From Candidatus Thorarchaeota archaeon (GTDB lineage: Archaea > Asgardarchaeota > Thorarchaeia > Thorarchaeales > Thorarchaeaceae), in assembly GCA_029855935.1 (NCBI GenBank), contig JAGSHN010000004.1:118022-182021 (forward strand): a stretch of DNA of 64,000 nt. The letters are read 5' to 3'. This document shows positions 50,020-58,262 of the stretch, piece by piece. A program made the position numbers and the translations under genes. Under the pieces are notes generated by a model. It was not told the origin of the DNA. It did not search any database and saw only the letters and a list, made by a program, of their open reading frames with translations. How positions within the stretch are numbered: the first letter of the stretch is position 1; the number at the start of each line of letters is the position of its first letter.

Positions 50020-50240
50020 GTACCCATCCCCGATTTGTTCTCGTAACAGGAGTAGTGCACGTAATACAGAAACAGCGAACCTTTAAGTGATACGGTCCTC
50101 AATCCGTCACCGGCTCCCTGATGAGTTGAAATCCCTCCGCTCCCGACCAAGCAAGGTGGCCACACGACTGACGTTTTGTTTCCGCCGCAATCTTTTTGTG
50201 CTTCTCCTCGACCCAGCGAATGCCTTTGGGGTTGCAAGCC

Positions 50241-50522
50241 ATGAGCGTTGATAGAGTCCAACATGTGTTGACATCTCTGATGATAGTCTCCTTCCTCATC
50301 TTTGTGGGTCTATCAGGTGTTATTCTGCTTGCGGATGCGGAGCTAAGTACTCGGGCGGTATCGTTGCCCTTTGCATTCCTGTTCATTGCGATATCCACGC
50401 TGGTCATGACGGGGAGAATATATGATAACGGTGTTTCGTCACTTCGTTCTTATCTGCAGACGTGGCTAGTCCTCTGTGCACTAGGTGTTCTCATTACCGC
50501 ACTTGCATTCACGTTGGCATAG
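50241..50522 (+). CDS. Small three-TM membrane protein
   Basis: Three hydrophobic segments in 93 aa. Confidence 0.6.
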   Translation: MSVDRVQHVLTSLMIVSFLIFVGLSGVILLADAELSTRAVSLPFAFLFIAISTLVMTGRIYDNGVSSLRSYLQTWLVLCALGVLITALAFTLA

Positions 50523-50582
50523 ATATTGAGTACCGTCACGGGAGCATCTTGAACCTAAACATCTCTACAACATGCGTACTAC

Positions 50583-51239
50583 GTGCGAGGGATATCATTG
50601 AGCAAGGTTCTTCCAGGAACAAAGGCAACGCGAATGGAGCTTCTTCGACTTAAGAACAGGACCAAGCTGGCTGAGCGTGGCCACGATCTCCTAAAGGAAA
50701 AACGGGACTCACTGATCATGGAATTCTTCAATACAATTGCCGAGATGAAGGAGATTCGTCAGCAGGTTGAAAGCGCCCTTGCCGAGGCATTCTCTTCACT
50801 CACCCAGGCCAAGATGATAATGGGGCCCGCACGTGTCATAGAGTTCGCGTATTCTAGTCAGGTTGAAACGCGTCTCGAAACAACCACGCGCTCAATGATG
50901 GGTGTTAGAGTTCCAGTGATGTCACTTCAGCAGGATGTACCTGAGCTTCCGTATTCATTGCCCGATTCGAGTGTCAAGCTTGATATTATGACCTCGAAAT
51001 TTGTGGAGGCCCTACGTGCTATAGTTCGCTTGGCTGAGGTGGAATCGACAGTTCGAAGATTGGCGCTTGAGATCGAGAGAACAAAGCGAAGAGTGTCAGC
51101 CCTTGAGGCGGTTGTGATTCCGCGGCTCGAAGCAACTGTTCGGTTTATCAAGCTGGCCTTGGAAGAGCGGGAGCGGGAGGACTTCTATCGTATAAAGCTC
51201 GTAAAGTCACGAATCTCAGAGCGCCAAGATGCCGAGTAG
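50583..51239 (+). CDS. atpD: A/V-type ATP synthase subunit D
   Basis: TRMELL.LK...A.RGH.LLK.KRD.L, MGV.VP, EI..TKRRV.ALE..VIP, EREREDF. Confidence 0.93.
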   Translation: MRGISLSKVLPGTKATRMELLRLKNRTKLAERGHDLLKEKRDSLIMEFFNTIAEMKEIRQQVESALAEAFSSLTQAKMIMGPARVIEFAYSSQVETRLETTTRSMMGVRVPVMSLQQDVPELPYSLPDSSVKLDIMTSKFVEALRAIVRLAEVESTVRRLALEIERTKRRVSALEAVVIPRLEATVRFIKLALEEREREDFYRIKLVKSRISERQDAE

Positions 51240-51283
51240 CAGTGCACCATTTCTGTAGTGTCCGCCTAGTCAAACAAGGTTCT

Positions 51284-51664
51284 CTATCTATGCTTGAGTT
51301 TAAGAATGGCCGCTGCCAAGTCTCCCTCTGTTTCACGTAGCGCCTGCATTGCCTCCTCAATACTGGCTCCGGTCTGCTGTGCTACGAGTGCAGCATCCTC
51401 TACGGGAATCTCCATGCCCGGTGTCTGCTTCTCTTCTCTCTCCTCCGGTTCTCCTCTAATCGCTCTCTCCCTTTTCTCGCCCGTGACTTGGTACGACTCG
51501 ACTCCTGCCTGCCGAATCAGCATCACTTGAGGCCTAGTCACGACCCATTCTCGATCTTTGAATCTAAAGATGACCTCCTCGACGCCAGTAACCTCCTTCT
51601 GCTCTATTCCCATCTTTTTCATGAGCCGCGCAATCTGTCTTGGTGACATCCTTCTTGATCCCAT
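51284..51664 (-). CDS. nac: Nascent polypeptide-associated complex protein
   Basis: PRQ..R.MKKMGI, YQV.G, UBA-like ED..LVAQQTG..GDLAAAI. Confidence 0.92.
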   Translation of the reverse strand: MGSRRMSPRQIARLMKKMGIEQKEVTGVEEVIFRFKDREWVVTRPQVMLIRQAGVESYQVTGEKRERAIRGEPEEREEKQTPGMEIPVEDAALVAQQTGASIEEAMQALRETEGDLAAAILKLKHR

Positions 51665-51887
51665 TCAACCACCTGCCCCACTCGACCACCAGTTTCAATA
51701 AAAAACCTGCCGCAAGGACAGTGAGATGGTTTTTCGTTTCGCGTTCGGGAGTGGAGGAAACTCCTGCGCGTAGGACCTGTTGACCTAGCTCGGGTAGATG
51801 TGGGGTGGGTGCCAGTGAAGTGGGTGAAATGCGTATTACCAGTATTACGGCCACTGAAATTATCGAGGGACTTATTTCAGCTTCTAT

Positions 51888-53102
51888 TCATCCGTAGAAA
51901 CTCGGAGGAACAGCGCCCCGTTCCCTACGTGAGGCAATCTTTCGAATGGCTTCTCCGAAGTCTTCCTGAAGCACAATGACACGATCGTTGCGTATCGCAT
52001 ACATCCCCGCTTCAGTGCAGATTGCTTTGATGTCCGCCCCAGTCATGTCCCTAGTTGCTGCTACAAGCTCATCAAAATCGACGTCCTCAGATATATTCAT
52101 TCCCCTGGTGTGAATCTTGAAAATCTCCCGTCTTCCCTTATCGTCCGGGACTGGGAACTCGATGATTCTATCGAATCGACCTGGACGCAGCAGGGCCGGG
52201 TCTAGGATATCCGGGCGGTTAGTCGCTCCAATGACAGCCACCTGCCCACGACTCTCAAATCCATCGAGTTCACTCAATAGCTGCATAAGTGTTCTCTGGA
52301 CCTCTCGATCACCAGAGGTGGCGATATCAAGCCGATGAGATCCCACTGCATCCAGCTCGTCGATGAAGACGATCGCAGGGGCCTTCTCCTTGGCAAGCAA
52401 GAAAATCTCTCGAACAAGTCTTGCTCCCTCCCCAATGAATTTCTGAACCAGCTCGGATCCGATGACTCGAATAAAGGTGGCATTTGTTTCGTGTGCGACA
52501 GCCCGAGCACTGAGGGTCTTACCTGTTCCCGGCGGCCCCGTCAACAGAACTCCCTTGGGCGGCTCGATGCCCACTTTCTCAAACAGCTCCGGTTTCAGCA
52601 GAGGAAGCTCTACTGTTTCGCGTATCTCGCGGAGCTGTTCTTTGAGACCACCTATGTCTGCATAAGAAACGTCTGGGGCCTCTTCTATCTCCATTGCTCG
52701 AATCATCGGGTCTCTTGAGGGTGGAAGCTCCTGGGTGACGGCAAACGATCTCTGATTGAGGGCAACTCTCATCCCTGGTCGCAGCCGGTCTCTGGGAATC
52801 GAGGACGCCACGTGTACAACGAAATTCGGACCTGTTGAGCTTTTCACTATCGCTCTTCCGTCTTCAAGCATTTCTATCAGAGTCGCAGTGATAAGGGGCG
52901 ACTGCCTTAGTTTCTCCAGCTCTGATCGAAGAGTCTGCGTTTCTCTCTCCAGCCTGCTCCTCTCGGCCTGAAGTATTTGTCTCTCAGTTTCCAAGGCCCT
53001 TAGTCTTCTCTCCAGATGTCGAGTATAGCTCTGTGAACTGTACCCTGCGTCCTCCAGATCCCCTTTCTTCTTGGCATCTGCCGTCCCGGGCAAACAAGCC
53101 AC
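51888..53102 (-). CDS. pan: Proteasome-activating nucleotidase
   Basis: Coiled coil, [41 protein letters not shown]-terminal HbYX (FYG). Confidence 0.95.
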   Translation of the reverse strand: MACLPGTADAKKKGDLEDAGYSSQSYTRHLERRLRALETERQILQAERSRLERETQTLRSELEKLRQSPLITATLIEMLEDGRAIVKSSTGPNFVVHVASSIPRDRLRPGMRVALNQRSFAVTQELPPSRDPMIRAMEIEEAPDVSYADIGGLKEQLREIRETVELPLLKPELFEKVGIEPPKGVLLTGPPGTGKTLSARAVAHETNATFIRVIGSELVQKFIGEGARLVREIFLLAKEKAPAIVFIDELDAVGSHRLDIATSGDREVQRTLMQLLSELDGFESRGQVAVIGATNRPDILDPALLRPGRFDRIIEFPVPDDKGRREIFKIHTRGMNISEDVDFDELVAATRDMTGADIKAICTEAGMYAIRNDRVIVLQEDFGEAIRKIASRRERGAVPPSFYG

Positions 53103-53212
53103 CTCAAATGGTCATTGAGCATTTTTGTTTTAAGAATATCTTTGGTGGTGTTCCCCTTGGCAACGATTATATGCGGCTGCTACTACTCTGACCTGTCACC
53201 GAGGGATATCGT

Positions 53213-53764
53213 TTGCCTAGTTGTGAACTCTGTGGCAGAACAATGAAGGGCCCCGGGCGCGAGATGGTCATTGAAGGTGTTTCTTTGATCGTCTGTCTCA
53301 CTTGCGCCTCAAGAATTAGGACTAAAACCCTTGGAGCAGACTCGCCACGGCCAATTGAGCGCTCCTCGTTTCGTCGGGTTGCGGCCAGACCTAGACAGTC
53401 TGTCCGCCCCTCTCCAAGCATCCGTCCCCGACCACGCTCACGCCCACGCCCACGCCCAGCCACACTAGACGATATGGTCTTGATTGAAAACTATGCAGAT
53501 GTGATTCGACGTGCTCGGCAGGCCGCAAAGATGACTCAAGAGGAACTTGCGCAGCGCATCGGCGAGAAGTATTCTACTCTGCAGGCAATCGAAGCCGGTA
53601 GGCTGAAGCCGACGAAGAAGGCCATACGGGGACTGGAGCGTGAATTGCACATATCACTACTCGAGCCAGTTGCAGCAGTTCCCGTGAAGACCTCGCGTGA
53701 GATCGAATCGCACGGTCCGACTCTTGGTGATGTGGTCAGAGTCAAGAGGAAGAAGCGATCGTAG
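53213..53764 (+). CDS. Multiprotein bridging factor aMBF1
   Basis: CELCG..CLTC Zn ribbon, HTH TQEELA..IGEK, TLGD. Confidence 0.9.
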   Translation: MPSCELCGRTMKGPGREMVIEGVSLIVCLTCASRIRTKTLGADSPRPIERSSFRRVAARPRQSVRPSPSIRPRPRSRPRPRPATLDDMVLIENYADVIRRARQAAKMTQEELAQRIGEKYSTLQAIEAGRLKPTKKAIRGLERELHISLLEPVAAVPVKTSREIESHGPTLGDVVRVKRKKRS

Positions 53765-53931
53765 CAAAATGGCGGTTCGAGGTGGTTAACTCGCACTATC
53801 CCGAGAACAGCTCTTAAATAGTATCTATGTGCATGTGTATATTGTGGAATTGATCCCGCCTGACAAGAGCTTCTGGGAGCATGTCTGATTCATCGATGAG
53901 CCAACGCTCCATATACAGGGTGATACCATAA

Positions 53932-54459
53932 ATGTCACACACCGATTTCAACACAGATTTGTTCCGGCTTGTCGTCGAAGAGATTGCCGGTAAGGAGGGG
54001 GTAGATGTCGCTACGGTCTTGGTGAATGTTGAGGAAACAACCGACGAGGAGATTGCGGCGAAGACTGGCCTCAAGCTCAACGTAGTGCGCCGCATCCTGT
54101 ACAAACTGCATGATAACCATCTTGCCTCCTATAGGCGCGTACGCGACACAGATACCGGCTGGTTTCTATACTATTGGCGAATTGACCCTCGCAAGGCCCA
54201 AGCCCTTGTTAACCGAAAGAAGCGGATGGTACTCAGTCTCCTTGAGCAGCGACTTGAACATGAAACTAACAATGAGCTCTACGCTTGTGTGAATCGAGAC
54301 TCGCCACCTGTTCCCTTCGAAGAGGCCATGAATCTGTCATTCCGCTGTCCTGTATGCAATGGGCTGCTACAGTACGTGGACAATGAACGGACGATATCGT
54401 TCCTGAAGAAGCAAGTCGAGGAGTTGCGCGCGGATCTTGAGGCGAGTTCCACTATGTAG
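53932..54459 (+). CDS. tfe: Transcription factor E
   Basis: TDEEIA..TGL.LN.VRRILYKL, GW..YYW, F.EAM...F.CP.C. Confidence 0.94.
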   Translation: MSHTDFNTDLFRLVVEEIAGKEGVDVATVLVNVEETTDEEIAAKTGLKLNVVRRILYKLHDNHLASYRRVRDTDTGWFLYYWRIDPRKAQALVNRKKRMVLSLLEQRLEHETNNELYACVNRDSPPVPFEEAMNLSFRCPVCNGLLQYVDNERTISFLKKQVEELRADLEASSTM

Positions 54460-54524
54460 CCCAGGATCGAGTAGTTAACCGAGTCCCCTCGACCCAGCTC
54501 ATACAACTCACGAGGTCTGAATTC

Positions 54525-55298
54525 ATGAAACGAGTACTACTTAGGGCACGGGTATATGGCCCCCTTCAGAGGCAGCTACTAGCATCTCTTCGGCCCGTTG
54601 TTCGTGGTATGTTGTCTGACCTTGATTTGCAACGTGTCAACCTCACCGCAGAAAGAAGACGGGGGCGTCTTGTAGTCGAGGTACACGGGACTGATGAAGA
54701 GTTTGCTGCCAATCTAATAGTGACTGAATTTGGAACGACTATCCCCTTTGACAGTGTTCGGGTTGATGATTTATATCCTGGGCAGCTTGTGGATGTCGGT
54801 AAGATTGGGTACGGGGTCTATGTCGACATCGGCATTGACGCCCAGCCGCGCGTTGATGCACTAGTCCCTCTGTATAGAGTCCGGCGTCAGCTCGGCATAG
54901 GCCGCGAATCAATCCGGAGAATCTCGTCTGCATTTGCGCTAGTCGAGAATCTGCCGGTCGAAGTTCACATAGACGACATCAATCCCTCAACCTCCAGCAT
55001 TGGCGCTGCATTCTCGGAGCGCTTTGTCAGTCGGCTTCTCTCTTGGAGTAGTGATGATCATGAGCGACTGCTCATTCTGGGTGCGCCCCTGTCACTAATT
55101 GAAGAAACACTTAGGCGGACGCATCATACCACCGATGTGTATAAGACGGAACGGCTCGGACAGTTCGAATTCACTCTTGTGTGCAAGAGAAGTACACATG
55201 CCAGTGGACTGCTTGCGGCCATCGGCCCGCATATCCCTGTGCCAATTCATCTCTTCCTTCCTCACAAGGCTCAGGAGCTGCTCCTCCATGAGACTTGA
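54525..55298 (+). CDS. DUF2110 family protein
   Basis: G.DEEFA.NL...EFG, G.LVDVG..GYG.YVDIG, ERLG..E..LVCK..T.A.GL...IGP; conserved tfe neighbour. Confidence 0.8.
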   Translation: MKRVLLRARVYGPLQRQLLASLRPVVRGMLSDLDLQRVNLTAERRRGRLVVEVHGTDEEFAANLIVTEFGTTIPFDSVRVDDLYPGQLVDVGKIGYGVYVDIGIDAQPRVDALVPLYRVRRQLGIGRESIRRISSAFALVENLPVEVHIDDINPSTSSIGAAFSERFVSRLLSWSSDDHERLLILGAPLSLIEETLRRTHHTTDVYKTERLGQFEFTLVCKRSTHASGLLAAIGPHIPVPIHLFLPHKAQELLLHET

Positions 55299-55968
55299 CG
55301 TTTGGCTCGTCAAACACGGTTTCTTCTCCTCTCGCCAACGGGCCAAGAAGGCGATTATGGAAGGCAAGGTTCTCGTCAACGGCCGTGTGAGAAAGCAATC
55401 CACGCGTGTGCAAGAGGATGATGTGATTCGTGTACTTGATTGGGCTGATAGACCACGCGGCTACCACAAACTGATGGCAATAGAAGAATCACTCGGGTTT
55501 CCACTGGTTGAGCCCGGCATGAGAGCTCTCGACATTGGCAGCTCAGCCGGAGGATTTCTCCTCTTTCTGCACGAGCGAGGTGCCTACGTCACAGGTATCG
55601 AGTTCTCCACGGAATTTATGAGGTATCTCTCGAAAATCGTTGAGTTCCTCTCTCGGGCCACACTGGTTCATGCTGATGCGTTTAAGATCAATCCTTTGTC
55701 AGTAGCGGCCGTAGACTCCCTTGATTTGTTGCTTGTAGATGTCACCTGCGAGCCTACCGGAACGTTGAACCTCCTCACAAGATTCTGGCCACTTCTTCGC
55801 CTCAGGGGCCGTTTTCTTGCGGCATTCAAAATGTCATACGATTCATCTGTCGTTCGACATATAGAGGATTCTCTTTTTCATATTGGCGCCTCCAACACGC
55901 GTGTTATAATTCTCGATAAATCTCGTGACGAGCTTCACATCTACGGTGAGAAGAAACAAGTTGGCTGA
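55288..55968 (+). CDS. S4-domain TlyA/FtsJ-like RNA methyltransferase
   Basis: MRLDVWLV..G...SR..A..AI..G.V.VNG; ALDIGSSAGGF. Confidence 0.85.
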   Translation: MRLDVWLVKHGFFSSRQRAKKAIMEGKVLVNGRVRKQSTRVQEDDVIRVLDWADRPRGYHKLMAIEESLGFPLVEPGMRALDIGSSAGGFLLFLHERGAYVTGIEFSTEFMRYLSKIVEFLSRATLVHADAFKINPLSVAAVDSLDLLLVDVTCEPTGTLNLLTRFWPLLRLRGRFLAAFKMSYDSSVVRHIEDSLFHIGASNTRVIILDKSRDELHIYGEKKQVG

Positions 55969-56030
55969 CGGACATGCCTGCATATTCACACTGAGCAACT
56001 CTTTTATTGTCAGCCGGAAACCGAGTCTTA

Positions 56031-56108
56031 GGGGCGGTGGTCTAGACCGGCTATGACGACTCGCTTACACCGAGTAGGTCACGAGTTCAAGTCTCGTCCG
56101 CCCCACCA
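56031..56108 (+). tRNA. tRNA-Val(TAC)
   Basis: Acceptor GGGGCGG/CCGCCCC-ACCA; ACTCG-CT-TAC-AC-CGAGT. Confidence 0.95.
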
Positions 56109-56162
56109 ACTCAGCTTGTGCGAGGAGCCCTACGGAGCGCAACGCGGGGTTTCCGCTTGATT

Positions 56163-56280
56163 GCGGGAGTTGCCGAGCTTGGCCAAAGGCGGCAGACTTA
56201 AGATCTGCTCCCATAGGGGTTCGCGGGTTCAAGACGTTGCCTATTCTTATAGGCACGGGAAAATCCCGCCTCCCGCACCA
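56163..56280 (+). tRNA. tRNA-Leu(TAA) with T-loop intron (~59/60; 56234-56263)
   Basis: Acceptor GCGGGAG/CTCCCGC-ACCA; GCAGA-CT-TAA-GA-TCTGC; long variable arm; hairpin insertion in the TTCAAG/T loop. Confidence 0.9.
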
Positions 56281-56309
56281 TCTTCAGACCGAGAACTTGG
56301 TGTAATTCG

Positions 56310-57641
56310 GTGGTGCCTGTGACATTTCATGACTTGATATTTCCCGACGGATTTCTCTGGGGCAGTGCCGCTTCTGCCCACCAGACCGAGGGTGGAACGT
56401 ACAACGATTGGACAGAGTGGGAAAAGATTCCGGGGAGGATCAAGGATGGTTCGAATGCATCCATTGCATGTGATCACTACAACCGATATGAGGAGGACTT
56501 TGATCTCGCGAAAAAGCTCGGCCACCAAGTGCATCGGTTCTCAATAGAATGGAGTCGCATTGAGCCCTCGCAGGGCAAGTGGAACGCGACCGAGATTGCC
56601 CACTACGAGCATGTCGTGCAGGCGCTTGTTTCTCGTGGAATCCGGCCTATGGTTACACTTCATCATTTCACCAACCCCCTCTGGTTCTGGGATAATGGTG
56701 GATGGCTCAATGCTGACAGCCCGCACATCTTCGCAGGGTATGTGCGCAAGATTGTAGAGGCTCTTGCGGAATACAATATAATCTGGAACACAATCAACGA
56801 GCCTCTGGTGTTGGCAACGCTAGGGTACCTTTTTGGGGAGTTCCCACCAGGCTACCGTGACTTTGACAAGGCTCTCACTGTTGCTAGACACCTACTCATG
56901 GCACATGGGTTGGCTGCGTCTCAGATTTGCCGTACCTATGAAGAGCGAGGTCTTGACCGGCCAGAGATTGCGCCCGTAATCAGTGCTACCTACTTTATGC
57001 CCGCCGACCCTTCCAATCCCGAGGACATTGAACTGGCTCAATACTTGGATGAAGTCTATAATCATGCATGGATTAGAGGTGCAATCACAGCCACGCTTCC
57101 AGAACCAATTGGAAACGGCTCAAAATACGTGCCTCTACAAAGATCTGTAGACTTCATAGGCCTCAACTATTATTCTCGGATGCTCGTTTCCTCGGAACTA
57201 GACTTCCTGGCCGGCGAGATGCCTCCAAAGGACCCAAATCTTGAACGGTGTGAGGGCCTTGACTGGGAGGTCTATCCTGAGGGTTATTATCACATCATAA
57301 AGTCAATGTGGGAACGATATCACACCCCTATATTCCTTACTGAGAACGGGATTGGCACTCTGGATGATATGCTAAGATGTCGATACATACTCACGCATCT
57401 TCAGCAGGTCCATCGGGCAATCTCAGAAGGAGTAGACATTCGCGGCTACTTAGTCTGGTCACTCACTGATAACTTCGAGTGGACGTACGGGTTTGGAAGT
57501 CACTTCGGCCTAGTTGCGATTGACCATCAGACTCTTCAGCGGACGCCCCGGGAGAGCGCCCTGATGTTCCATGAAATTGTCACCAACAATGGACTGACCG
57601 CTGAACTACAGGAACGGTTTTTGGGGCGCAGAGGTAGGTGA
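56310..57641 (+). CDS. Glycoside hydrolase family 1 (beta-glucosidase/galactosidase)
   Basis: FP.GFLWG.A.SAHQ.EG, RFSIEWSRI, TINEP, GLNYY, TENG, WSL.DNFEW. Confidence 0.94.
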   Translation: MVPVTFHDLIFPDGFLWGSAASAHQTEGGTYNDWTEWEKIPGRIKDGSNASIACDHYNRYEEDFDLAKKLGHQVHRFSIEWSRIEPSQGKWNATEIAHYEHVVQALVSRGIRPMVTLHHFTNPLWFWDNGGWLNADSPHIFAGYVRKIVEALAEYNIIWNTINEPLVLATLGYLFGEFPPGYRDFDKALTVARHLLMAHGLAASQICRTYEERGLDRPEIAPVISATYFMPADPSNPEDIELAQYLDEVYNHAWIRGAITATLPEPIGNGSKYVPLQRSVDFIGLNYYSRMLVSSELDFLAGEMPPKDPNLERCEGLDWEVYPEGYYHIIKSMWERYHTPIFLTENGIGTLDDMLRCRYILTHLQQVHRAISEGVDIRGYLVWSLTDNFEWTYGFGSHFGLVAIDHQTLQRTPRESALMFHEIVTNNGLTAELQERFLGRRGR

Positions 57642-57648
57642 ATGCAAG

Positions 57649-58215
57649 ATGGTTGTCGATATGATATTGGCGACGACCGCTATTGTCTTTCTCAGCGAAA
57701 TTGGTGACAAGACCATGTTCACGACCCTGTGCATGAGCGCTGAGTCCGGTCGTCCTGCTCTGATCCTCGCCATCTCGATGGCGGCCCTTACCACAGCCAG
57801 TATTGTTGCGTCTGCACTCGGATTCCTGTTATCCAGCTCTCTATCCTCTCTCTGGATCTCTGCGATTGCTGGGGCATCATTCCTATTGATCGGTGTCACT
57901 CAGATACTGAAACTTGACTCAGTCGAAACCACTTGCGACCACGTGACTGGCATCCTTGGGGTCTATGTTACAATTCTCTCATCAGAATTGGGCGACAAGA
58001 GCCAGCTGGTGATTCTCGCGTTAAGTGCAACGTTTTCCAGTCCCGTCCCAGTCGTGCTAGGTGCGATGCTGGGCTTCTTACTTGTCAATTCCGTGGGTTC
58101 GTTTGTAGGCTTTCAGATGTCTGAACGAATTCCTCTGCGAACGATCAGACTGGTGGCTGGTGTGACATTTGTAGTCATCGGAGTTCTTATTGTTGCTGCA
58201 GCCCTTCTGGTGTAG
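57649..58215 (+). CDS. TMEM165/GDT1 (UPF0016) cation transporter
   Basis: Two motifs EIGDKT and ELGDKSQ in a multi-TM protein. Confidence 0.9.
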   Translation: MVVDMILATTAIVFLSEIGDKTMFTTLCMSAESGRPALILAISMAALTTASIVASALGFLLSSSLSSLWISAIAGASFLLIGVTQILKLDSVETTCDHVTGILGVYVTILSSELGDKSQLVILALSATFSSPVPVVLGAMLGFLLVNSVGSFVGFQMSERIPLRTIRLVAGVTFVVIGVLIVAAALLV

Positions 58216-58262
58216 AAAACCTCCGGCAAGATTTATGTCAGTGCAGCATAGCCAGTCGTCGT

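Larger units (their letters stand above)
39540..51848. repeat. Dispersed GTA(A/T)TAC heptamer arrays with 9-bp period
   Basis: Exact copies at 39540, 42074, 42742, 43048, 43539, 44221, 45215, 45889, 46631, 47058, 48044, 48607, 48625, 50061, 51833 and 51842, many with degenerate neighbours 9 bp away. Confidence 0.75.

Noticed and set aside
50116-50135. CTGATGAG..GAAA resembling a hammerhead ribozyme core
   Set aside because: Only 3 nt separate the core halves (no stem II), and I found no stems I/III.
53420-53462. CACGCC-type short tandem repeats
   Set aside because: They encode the Arg-Pro linker of MBF1 and are not an independent repeat element.
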